Assembly: GCA_963787445.1 (NCBI GenBank)
Contig: CAWBCT010000005.1
Coordinates: 96,001 to 160,000, forward strand
Reading direction: 5' to 3'
DNA from: an uncultured archaeon
Lineage (GTDB): Archaea; Micrarchaeota; Micrarchaeia; Micrarchaeales; CABMGC01
DNA: 64,000 bases
Shown here piece by piece: positions 56,288 through 64,000 of this stretch; the stretch's first letter is position 1; the number at the start of each line of letters is the position of its first letter. The notes under the pieces were generated by a model. It did not search any database. It was given only the letters and a program-made list of their open reading frames with translations, and had not been told where the DNA came from. The position numbers and the translations under genes are program-made.

Positions 56288-58060
56288 ATGCTGTTCGCCG
56301 ATACCGCAGCGTATTATGACAAGTTGGAGGCTGTCAGCTCAAGGCTTTCAATGATAGACCTGATGGCCGAGCTCCTCGCCAAGGCTGACAAGAAGGAGAT
56401 CCGCGCCCTGGTCTACACCACCCAGGGGATACTAGCGCCCCCTTTTGAGAGCGTCGAGATCGGGATAGCAGAAAAGCTGGCCGAGCAGGCGATTGGCATT
56501 GCAACCGGTTACACCGTGGACGAGGTCCACGCACTTTATAAGAAGAGCGGCGACCTGGGAAGCAGCGCAGAGGCATTGGTGGGAAAGACCAAGCTCAGGA
56601 GCATGGACAAAACGAGGCTGCACATCCAGGAAGTCTTCGACTCGATGCAGGAGATAGCAAAAATATCGGGAGAGGGAAGCAAAGACTCCAAGCTGAAGAA
56701 ACTGGCAGGGCTTCTTGCGCACTCAACCCCTGTAGAGGCCCGTTACATAACCCGTTTTGCTCTCGGAAAACTGCGACTTGGACTGGGAGATGCAACAATA
56801 CTTGAGGCGCTTGCAAAGGCGTTCACCGGAAGCAGGGAGGCAAAGGTAAAACTCGAGTCCGCTTACAATCTTTGCAGCGATTTGGGTCGGGTTGGCGAGG
56901 TACTTGCGACAAAAGGGATGCCAGGGATTGAAAAGTTCGGTGTTACCTTATTCAGCCCGATAAGGCCGGAGTTGGCCGAGCGCGCGAACACGTTTGAGGA
57001 GATAATGGAGCGCATGAAAGACCGGTGCTTTGTTGAACCCAAATATGATGGTTTGAGAGCACAAGTGCACATGGACGCCAAAGCAAAGAGAGTAGAGATT
57101 TTCTCAAGAAATCTTGAGAGGTTGACCATGATGTTTCCGGACATCGCAAAGGCGGCCTTAAAGGATCTTAGGATAGAAAATGCGATTCTTGAAGGAGAAA
57201 TTATCTCCTACGATGAAGTATCCGGAGAGTTCCACTCATTCCAGGAGACGATACAGAGAAGGCGAAAGTACGACGTAAAAGAGAAGAGCGAGGAGTTTCC
57301 CGTGCATCTTTTCTGCTTCGATCTGATGTATCTGAATGGGGAAAGCTACATTGAAAAAAGCTATGAGAAAAGGAGGGAGTCGCTTGAAAAAATATTGAAA
57401 GGCGACACGCTGCAGCAAACCGAGAGAACCCTTGTGACAAAACCAAAACAGATGGAGAGATACTTCGACAAGTACATCGGCAGCGGGCTTGAGGGACTGA
57501 TGGCAAAAGATCCCAATTCAAATTACATTGCTGGCGCAAGAAAGTTCAGCTGGATAAAGATGAAGAGGAGCTACAGGGGCGAGCTTTCCGATACGGTTGA
57601 CCTGGTAATCATTGGTTATTATTTAGGGAAGGGGGCGCGAACAGAATTTGGCTTTGGCGGGCTTCTTGCGGCAGTTTACAACGAAAAGCGAGATGTTTTC
57701 GAAAGCATAACCCGGATTGGGACTGGTTTCACTGAGGAGCAGATGAAATTTTTCCAGAACTCCCTTAAGGTGATAAAGTCAAAGACAAAACCAGCCAGAG
57801 TTGTCTCGACAATGGAGCCCGATGTCTGGGTTAATCCGGTCCATGTTGTCGAGGTCAGGGCGGACGAGATAACGCGTTCCCCGATGCACATGTGCGGAAA
57901 GGAAAATTATGATGACCAGGATGAGCCTGGCTACGCGCTCAGGTTCCCGAGAATCATCAGCGACGGCTTTAGGGACAAGAAAGCTGAGGATGCAACGAGC
58001 ACAAAGGAGATAAAGGAGATGTTTGCCGCCCAAAAGAAGAAAAAGCTTGAAGAAAAATAA
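56288..58060 (+). CDS. lig: ATP-dependent DNA ligase
   Basis: EPKYDGLRAQVH (motif I), EGEI, FDLMY, EGLMAK, WIKMK, LRFPR. Confidence 0.97.
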   Translation: MLFADTAAYYDKLEAVSSRLSMIDLMAELLAKADKKEIRALVYTTQGILAPPFESVEIGIAEKLAEQAIGIATGYTVDEVHALYKKSGDLGSSAEALVGKTKLRSMDKTRLHIQEVFDSMQEIAKISGEGSKDSKLKKLAGLLAHSTPVEARYITRFALGKLRLGLGDATILEALAKAFTGSREAKVKLESAYNLCSDLGRVGEVLATKGMPGIEKFGVTLFSPIRPELAERANTFEEIMERMKDRCFVEPKYDGLRAQVHMDAKAKRVEIFSRNLERLTMMFPDIAKAALKDLRIENAILEGEIISYDEVSGEFHSFQETIQRRRKYDVKEKSEEFPVHLFCFDLMYLNGESYIEKSYEKRRESLEKILKGDTLQQTERTLVTKPKQMERYFDKYIGSGLEGLMAKDPNSNYIAGARKFSWIKMKRSYRGELSDTVDLVIIGYYLGKGARTEFGFGGLLAAVYNEKRDVFESITRIGTGFTEEQMKFFQNSLKVIKSKTKPARVVSTMEPDVWVNPVHVVEVRADEITRSPMHMCGKENYDDQDEPGYALRFPRIISDGFRDKKAEDATSTKEIKEMFAAQKKKKLEEK

Positions 58061-58325
58061 TTTTAGGCCCAAATTAATTTTATCAAAATGCATGTTTTTG
58101 TTGCTGCTTGAAAATATTTTTATAAATGATTTACGGTTTGCTTTTTCCATATTTTTCTGCAAAATTGTCAGAAAATCTCACAAACTCTAGTTTTACGTCG
58201 ACAATTTCACATTCTGAAAGTTCTAAAGCTAGATTTAGTATTTAAGCAAAGATTTTATTTTGGGCCAAACAAAATAATTTTTTTCTGAATTTGGAGAGTT
58301 CCACTACTATGCCCTGAGCATAAAG

Positions 58326-58337
58326 TATATAAATATA
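58326..58337 (+). promoter_or_regulatory. TATA box upstream of ftsZ pair
   Basis: TATATAAATATA about 30-40 nt before the ATG at 58367, preceded by a purine-rich BRE-like AAAG. Confidence 0.5.
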
Positions 58338-58366
58338 TCAGCTATTATATTTTCACAGGCGATCAA

Positions 58367-59428
58367 ATGGTAGACTTTACGGCGGACCTATTGGGAAAAA
58401 GCAGTGGTAGTGTAGACAACAGCAGCGTCAACTTCTCTCCACAGATAAAGATAGTTACTGTGGGAGTGGGAGGCGGTGGAAACAACACGGTCAACAGACT
58501 GGTGAAGTTTGGTGTAAAGGGCACCGAGCTCGTTGCGATAAACACGGACGTACAGCACTTCAAGATGCTAGACGACCGGATCAAGAAGATACTTATCGGA
58601 AAGAGCTTGTCACGCGGACTCGGAGCTGGAGGCGACCCGAAAGTGGGCGCAAAGGCTGCCGAAATTGACAGGCAACAGATTGAGGAGGTCCTCTATGGGG
58701 CGCAACTCGTATTCCTGTGCGCAGGAATGGGAGGCGGAACCGGCACTGGGGCAATCCCCGTGGTAGCACAGATTGCAAAGGAGCAGGGCGCCATAGTAGT
58801 GGCCATGGTAACATACCCGTTCGACCTTGAGCGAGTCAGAAAGGTAAAGGCCGAAGAGGGAATCCAGGAGCTGAGGAAGCACTCGGACAGCGTCATCATC
58901 CTTGACAACAACAGGCTGGTAAAGCTGGTGCCTAACCTGCCGATGAACGAGGCGTTCGGAGTTGCAGACGACATACTTGCAAAGGCGATCGGCGGACTTG
59001 TCTGGACGATAACCCAGCCAAGCCTGATCAACATCGACTTCGCAGACGTACGCTCGATCATGGGCAGCGGAGACGTTGGATTCATCTCAGTGGGAATGGG
59101 CAAGGGCAACGACAAGGTTCAGTCCGCGGCAGAGGCCGTGGTCAAGAACAAGCTGCTCGACGTCGACTTCGAGAACGCAAAGGGCGCGCTGATACACATC
59201 TCGGGCGCATCGGACCTGTCACTGGGCGATGCAATCAAGGCCGGAGAGGTCATCACAGAGAAGATGGACCCTAAGGCGAACATCAAGTGGGGCGCAAGGA
59301 TCATCCCTGGCTATGAGGGCCAGCTCGAGATCGTCGCCATAGTCACCGGAGTAAGCGGCTCAAGCATCCTCGGAAAGTTCGAGGAGAAGAAGAAGGAGCT
59401 CACCTTTGGAAACATAGAGATGATCTGA
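58367..59428 (+). CDS. ftsZ: cell division protein FtsZ (first copy)
   Basis: GVGGGGNN, INTD, GLGAGG, AGMGGGTGTG, T7 loop INIDFADV. Confidence 0.97.
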   Translation: MVDFTADLLGKSSGSVDNSSVNFSPQIKIVTVGVGGGGNNTVNRLVKFGVKGTELVAINTDVQHFKMLDDRIKKILIGKSLSRGLGAGGDPKVGAKAAEIDRQQIEEVLYGAQLVFLCAGMGGGTGTGAIPVVAQIAKEQGAIVVAMVTYPFDLERVRKVKAEEGIQELRKHSDSVIILDNNRLVKLVPNLPMNEAFGVADDILAKAIGGLVWTITQPSLINIDFADVRSIMGSGDVGFISVGMGKGNDKVQSAAEAVVKNKLLDVDFENAKGALIHISGASDLSLGDAIKAGEVITEKMDPKANIKWGARIIPGYEGQLEIVAIVTGVSGSSILGKFEEKKKELTFGNIEMI

Positions 59429-60438
59429 TGGCCCAAGAGTTCGACTACGACGCGTTCACCCCCCGGGTGGCGGTCGTGGGATGTGGGGGACAGGGAAGCA
59501 ACCTGATCAACAGGCTATTCACGAACGGCATCAAGAGCGCCGACACGATAGCCATGAACACGGACGTAGGCCACCTGAACATGATCAAGGCGCACAAGAA
59601 GATCCTGCTGGGAAAGGAGATAACCAATGGCCTCGGGGCTGGAGGATATCCTGAAGTGGGTCAGAAGTGCGCTGAGCTCAGCAAGGACGCCATCCAGGCA
59701 GCTCTTGAGGGCTACGACCTGGTCTTCATCGCAGCAGGCATGGGAGGGGGCTCAGGGACAGGGAGCGCACCAGTCGTAGCGAAGATCGCACGCGAGCTGG
59801 GCGCAACCACCATTGCAACCGTAACCTACCCGTTCGCGCTTGAAAGGAGCAGGAAGCTGAAGGCGGAGTGGGGCATAGAGCAGCTGAACAAGCAGGCAGA
59901 CTCGGTGATAGTCATTGAGAACGACCTGCTGTTGGGCTATGTGCCGAACCTACCGATCGAGAAGGCCTTCGAGCTAGTGGACAACGTGACCGGGAATGCC
60001 GTGAGGGGCATAGCGGACACGATAACGCTCCCGAGCCTGATCAACCTTGATTTCGCTGACCTGAGGAACATCGTCAGGAACACCGGCACCGCTGTCATAA
60101 GCATCGGCACAGGGCATGGTTCAGACCGAGTCGAAAAGGCCATAAAGTCGACCTTGGCACACCCTCTACTGACCGTGGACTACGAAGGGGCAAAGGGCGC
60201 GCTCATACACGTGACCGGCGGCACAGACCTCTCCATAAGCGAGGCTACCCGAATAGGCCAGGGCGTAACTTCAGCCATGGCGTCCGACGCGAACGTCATC
60301 TTCGGCGCAAGACTGCTTCCGGAGTTGGGAGACCAGGTGCAGGTCATGTCAGTGGTCACAGGAGTAAAGGCGAAGTTCGGCGAGTCAAGAAGGCAGGAAC
60401 GCGCTGAAGCCATGAGCATGGAGAACAGCCTGTTTTAA
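59428..60438 (+). CDS. ftsZ: cell division protein FtsZ (second, divergent copy)
   Basis: GCGGQGSN, MNTD, GLGAGG, AGMGGGSGTG, INLDFADL; start overlaps the previous stop (TGATG). Confidence 0.95.
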   Translation: MAQEFDYDAFTPRVAVVGCGGQGSNLINRLFTNGIKSADTIAMNTDVGHLNMIKAHKKILLGKEITNGLGAGGYPEVGQKCAELSKDAIQAALEGYDLVFIAAGMGGGSGTGSAPVVAKIARELGATTIATVTYPFALERSRKLKAEWGIEQLNKQADSVIVIENDLLLGYVPNLPIEKAFELVDNVTGNAVRGIADTITLPSLINLDFADLRNIVRNTGTAVISIGTGHGSDRVEKAIKSTLAHPLLTVDYEGAKGALIHVTGGTDLSISEATRIGQGVTSAMASDANVIFGARLLPELGDQVQVMSVVTGVKAKFGESRRQERAEAMSMENSLF

Positions 60439-60447
60439 TTATAATGC

Positions 60448-60490
60448 AGTGGAGGGCAGGCTTCTGCCCTTTCACTTCTCTTTCTTTTTT
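60448..60490 (+). terminator. hairpin plus T-rich terminator after ftsZ operon
   Basis: AGGGCAG-GCTT-CTGCCCT stem (extendable) followed by TTCTCTTTCTTTTTT. Confidence 0.7.
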
Positions 60491-60545
60491 ATTTACCTAG
60501 TCCATTTATATATCTGGCTTGACTGATAAGTGCCTTAGTGAAAAG

Positions 60546-61067
60546 ATGCCAGTGTCAGTCATGAAGAACACCGATCAACGGAGAGCATTGGCACTCGCGT
60601 TAAGGTATCAAAAGCGTTTTCCAGGCATAGTTGAAGGGGAGAGAGTCGAAGGTAGGATAGCCCCTGAGAAGAGAGCTGATTTTATAAAAGAATTTGCGAG
60701 GATAATGATAGATGATTCACGTTTGAGGGAAATCCTATTTGATCCAGCAGAATCGGACGGGTCAAAGAAGATCATGATAGCTGCACACGTGGTGGGAAAG
60801 AATGAGTTCTCATTAACCAAGGCGGTCCGGGAGCTTAGGCAACTTGCCAGTCGCTTGTGCTTTGAGGGCGGAGGAGGTTACGAGGAACGGCAAGCTGACA
60901 TTTTAAGGCTCGCATCAATTAGAAAACTGAGCCCTGAGAAGAGTGAAATATTTCAACGTGAGATGCACCATGCTGTGAGTTGCTCTTCAGTTATTCTATG
61001 CGGCCCAATTGGGGGAGCTTCGTGGCATCTCGAAAAAGAGATCGAAGCCCACGAAGAACCTATTTAG
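60546..61067 (+). CDS. hypothetical protein
   Basis: ~173-aa ORF from ATG 60546, TATA-like TTTATATA upstream, no motif recognised. Confidence 0.55.
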   Translation: MPVSVMKNTDQRRALALALRYQKRFPGIVEGERVEGRIAPEKRADFIKEFARIMIDDSRLREILFDPAESDGSKKIMIAAHVVGKNEFSLTKAVRELRQLASRLCFEGGGGYEERQADILRLASIRKLSPEKSEIFQREMHHAVSCSSVILCGPIGGASWHLEKEIEAHEEPI

Positions 61068-61095
61068 TTCATTTCTGCCCTATTATAGTGTTTAG

Positions 61096-61875
61096 ATGGC
61101 AATAGTATCAGAGCTGAAGAAGTTCCACATGGTGCGCTTCGAATCCATCATAAAGCGCTGCCCGTTCTGCCTAAAGGACACCGAACAGGGCGCCTATTAC
61201 GTCCAGAAACCCGACCTTAGCGTCACGGTTGCAACAAATACCAATCCTCCAGTGACCATGAAAGTGCACCAGGAGATACCCCATCAGTACTCCTGGGACG
61301 TAATGGCCCTGTGCACAGAATGCAACATGATCTACCGGATCAGCGGCATCCCGATGATGAAGACACGAGAAATCCCTCCGGGAGCAAAGGATGAGACTGT
61401 TAAGCTGGGGCTCGCCTGCTGCGATATCTGCAACATGCTCTATGGCCGCTACAGGGTAGGTGAAACGTTCATAAGGGTAACTGGATTCGGGCACGTCTAC
61501 CTCTGCGAGGAGCACGCCAAAGAGGTTGAGGCCAAGAAAGGCAAGGATGAGGATTACAAAGAGCTTATCAAGCTGCTCAAGGAGTGGAGCAAAGACGGGG
61601 AGCTGCCGGACGCCCTGAAGATTAATGACCAGATAGTGATAGTGAGAGAGCTCGGAGGCGCTACAAAAGAGGTCCTGAACCTTCTGAAGAAGGATAAAGC
61701 CCAGAGCGGTGCTATTGAGAAAGCAATCGCAAAGACTAGCTCGAAGCACTCGCCAGAGTGGTGTATATTCTACTTGAAAGGAGCCGGACTGGTTGAAGAA
61801 AAGCAGGAGGGAATAATGCGGAAGAGGGTTCTTTCCGTAACCGACCAGGGTAGGGCTGTCGCTGAGAAACTTTAA
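61096..61875 (+). CDS. putative zinc-binding protein with C-terminal winged helix
   Basis: CPFC...CTEC and CDIC...LCEEH metal-ligand sets; C-terminal YLKGAGLVEE...LSVTDQGRAVAEKL wHTH-type ending. Confidence 0.65.
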   Translation: MAIVSELKKFHMVRFESIIKRCPFCLKDTEQGAYYVQKPDLSVTVATNTNPPVTMKVHQEIPHQYSWDVMALCTECNMIYRISGIPMMKTREIPPGAKDETVKLGLACCDICNMLYGRYRVGETFIRVTGFGHVYLCEEHAKEVEAKKGKDEDYKELIKLLKEWSKDGELPDALKINDQIVIVRELGGATKEVLNLLKKDKAQSGAIEKAIAKTSSKHSPEWCIFYLKGAGLVEEKQEGIMRKRVLSVTDQGRAVAEKL

Positions 61876-61888
61876 TTTTCCAGCACAA

Positions 61889-62584
61889 TTATGCAGCCGG
61901 CTTGGGTGGAGCCCTGTGAATAGGTGCAGACAGGCCGTCCTGTGGAGGCCTGTTGCTGACGCTTGCAGCCGCGATGCTCTTAGGTATCGCCACCTGCTTG
62001 ACTACGCGGTCAGGGAACTTCGTTCCTGGCTGCACTATTCGGACAGTAATTCCGATTGCACCATACTTTGGATAGGCAGCTACCTTTGCCTCATCCACGA
62101 ACCTAGTTGAATTTCCAGACTTAGGAAGGTAACCCAATCTAACCTTCATCTTCTTTGCGCGTGCGCCCTTTGCGGCGAGCTTGCCCTTTGCAATTATCTC
62201 TGCGCCCAGTGCTCCGTTCTGCATTATCTCCTTGATTGCCGTGTGAATCAGCCTTCTCGGGTTTATTCCCCTCTCGAGGGAGTTGACGATCGACTTTGCG
62301 ACGAGCCTTGGCTCGAGCTTCGGGTTCGCGACATCGGCGACGCTGATCTGCGGGTTGTCGAGCTTGAACCTGGACTTCATCGTCGCCGTCAGGGAGTCAA
62401 TGGTCTCTCCGCCGCGTCCGATGACACGGCCCGGGTTCATTACATAGGGAGTGATACGTGTTATGACCGGCGTCTTCTGGATGTCGACTCTTGAGAAGCC
62501 CGCCTTCGTGAGCGCCTTTTCCATGTACTTTGAGATGCGTCTCTTGACTATTAGATCCTCTATGAATTTTCTTTCTACTACCAT
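61889..62584 (-). CDS. rps3: 30S ribosomal protein S3 (uS3)
   Basis: AGFSRVDIQKTP, PGRVIGRGG KH motif, GALGAEI..GKL, KYGAIGITVRI. Confidence 0.96.
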   Translation of the reverse strand: MVVERKFIEDLIVKRRISKYMEKALTKAGFSRVDIQKTPVITRITPYVMNPGRVIGRGGETIDSLTATMKSRFKLDNPQISVADVANPKLEPRLVAKSIVNSLERGINPRRLIHTAIKEIMQNGALGAEIIAKGKLAAKGARAKKMKVRLGYLPKSGNSTRFVDEAKVAAYPKYGAIGITVRIVQPGTKFPDRVVKQVAIPKSIAAASVSNRPPQDGLSAPIHRAPPKPAA

Positions 62585-62588
62585 TGAC

Positions 62589-63251
62589 TCACGTTGTTGC
62601 TGTTGCCTCTATTACCTTTTTCTCTGCCGGCTTTGGAGCCTCCTTCTTGGGCGCTGCCTTCTTCTCTACCTTCTTCGGCTCTTTCTTCTTTGAAGCCTTC
62701 TCGATTGCGTCGGAGAAGTTCGTCTTCTTCTTTAGGAAGTGCTTCATGTTAACCGTCAATGCCTTGTCCGTCGGGTCCGCGAGTCCGATCTCTATCTTTG
62801 CGTACTCGATGTCGCTGTGCATCATCGCAGACTGCCCGTACATGCCGCGGCCCCAGGAGATTCCTCCCTTGGACGGCTGCCTTCTTACTATGTTTGTCTT
62901 GTTGGCGCTTGCATGGATTATGATCATCTCCTCCCCGCTCATCATCTTATTGTTGGCGTTTGCAATCGCGTTGACGAGGGTCGTGCGTACCTCTGCCGCG
63001 GCCTTTCTCGGATAGGATCCCTTCTTTCCTCCGAGCTCGTGCCTTGCGCCCATGTGCTTGCTGTGCCTCCTGAACTCTATGGGCCGCTCCATCTTTGTGA
63101 TCTGGTCAAGAAGAACGAGAGCAGCGCTTGCGCGCATGTAGCGAATCGCGGTGCAGACTGCGCCGAGCTGCTTGTAGCTCGCGTTGATGTCCTTGCGCAA
63201 TGCGAAGGCCATGCCCTGTTTGTCAGTCTTGAGGTTGAACGAATAATCCAT
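62589..63251 (-). CDS. rpl22: 50S ribosomal protein L22 (uL22)
   Basis: SYKQLGAVCTAIR, PIEFRRH, GSYPRKAA, LVNAIANA; lies between uS19 and uS3. Confidence 0.93.
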   Translation of the reverse strand: MDYSFNLKTDKQGMAFALRKDINASYKQLGAVCTAIRYMRASAALVLLDQITKMERPIEFRRHSKHMGARHELGGKKGSYPRKAAAEVRTTLVNAIANANNKMMSGEEMIIIHASANKTNIVRRQPSKGGISWGRGMYGQSAMMHSDIEYAKIEIGLADPTDKALTVNMKHFLKKKTNFSDAIEKASKKKEPKKVEKKAAPKKEAPKPAEKKVIEATATT

Positions 63252-63643
63252 TACTTCACCGCTAGGAACTTGCTTCCGCGTGTAGCCCTGACTCCTGGAG
63301 CCGAGTGCTGTACGCGCTTCGTCGTGAATGAGAACTCGCCGAGCCTGTGCCCTAGCATCTCCTCAGTTATGACCATCTCCTTGAACTCCTTTCCGTTGTG
63401 AACTCCGAACTTCATGCCTAACCAGCTCGGCAGTATTACCGCTTCGCGCGTGTCTGTCTTGATTGTCTTCGTGCTGCCTTCCTTCTGCGCCGTGTTTACC
63501 TTCTCGACCAGGCGCTTGTAGCTCAGGCCCATCCGCTTGTAGGCCCGGCGCTGGCGTGAGGTGAGCATCTGGAGGTACTGATCCATCGTCAGCTTCTTTA
63601 CCTCCTCGCCCGTCTTGCCTCTAAATGTGTAGATACGTGCCAT
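63251..63643 (-). CDS. rps19: 30S ribosomal protein S19 (uS19)
   Basis: FRGKT, VHNGKEF, MLGHRLGEFS.T, HSAPGVRATRGSKF. Confidence 0.96.
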   Translation of the reverse strand: MARIYTFRGKTGEEVKKLTMDQYLQMLTSRQRRAYKRMGLSYKRLVEKVNTAQKEGSTKTIKTDTREAVILPSWLGMKFGVHNGKEFKEMVITEEMLGHRLGEFSFTTKRVQHSAPGVRATRGSKFLAVK

Positions 63644-63647
63644 AGCT

Positions 63648-64000
63648 TCATCTCTTCCTTCTTCCTACCCTGCTTGCCGCAATGTGCCCGACCTTTCCTC
63701 CAGGCGGCGTGTTTCTCGACATCATGCTCGAGGCACCCTTGTGGTGCTGCTTGCCTCCGAATGGGTGGTCCACCGGGTTCATCTTTACTCCCCTGTTGAC
63801 CGGCCAGGTCCTGTTGACCGCGTGCTTCATGTAGTGGGCCTTTCCCGCCTTCATGATTGGCTTGGTCCTTGCTCCGCCTCCTGCAACTGATCCGATCGCC
63901 GCCCGACACTCTCTGCTCAGGTCGATCGTCTGCTTGGAAGGCATTGAAAGCGTGACTGTGTTCTGCGTGTGCGCGATGACTGTTGAGTAGGATCCTGCTG
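63648..64000 (-). CDS. rpl2: 50S ribosomal protein L2 (uL2), 5' end outside window
   Basis: WPVNRGVKMNPVDHPFGG, PPGGKVGHIAA. Confidence 0.96.
   Translation of the reverse strand, partial: AGSYSTVIAHTQNTVTLSMPSKQTIDLSRECRAAIGSVAGGGARTKPIMKAGKAHYMKHAVNRTWPVNRGVKMNPVDHPFGGKQHHKGASSMMSRNTPPGGKVGHIAASRVGRRKR

Noticed and set aside
58061-58366. Replication origin or MITE in the AT-rich lig-ftsZ gap
   Set aside because: Only an 8-bp inverted repeat (GGCCCAAA/TTTGGGCC), no repeated ORB motifs and no cdc6/orc1 nearby

Overview
Archaeal chromosomal window, most consistent with a DPANN (Micrarchaeota-like) genome; the taxonomy is an inference from gene content and divergent translation proteins. About 36% of the window is one 23-kb gene (6631-29634, minus strand) for a ~7,670-aa membrane-anchored surface protein. 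It has a signal peptide, a glycosylation-rich head, lectin-like domains, 49 near-identical 101-aa Ig-like repeats in two blocks (14 + 35), a poly-Gly linker, a TM helix and an unusual coiled-coil cytoplasmic tail. The rest holds translation genes (eS6, eL40, tRNA-Pro, eL24-eS28-L7Ae, aEF-2-uS7-uS12-eL30, uL29-aIF1, uS3-uL22-uS19-uL2), cdc48, rfcS, thiI, nth and DNA ligase. It also holds a tandem ftsZ pair, a type IV pilus/Tad locus plus a second orphan secretion ATPase, an orphan DNA methyltransferase, and a succinate dehydrogenase/fumarate reductase operon with a non-canonical His-free membrane anchor partly fused to the Fe-S subunit. The best leads are the giant adhesin-like protein (mosaic repeats, sequon partitioning, tail), the atypical complex II anchor, the translationally coupled ftsZ pair, substitutions in normally invariant translation motifs, and a ~14-kb inversion splitting the S10-type operon. 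All family assignments come from motif recognition by eye; no searches were run.
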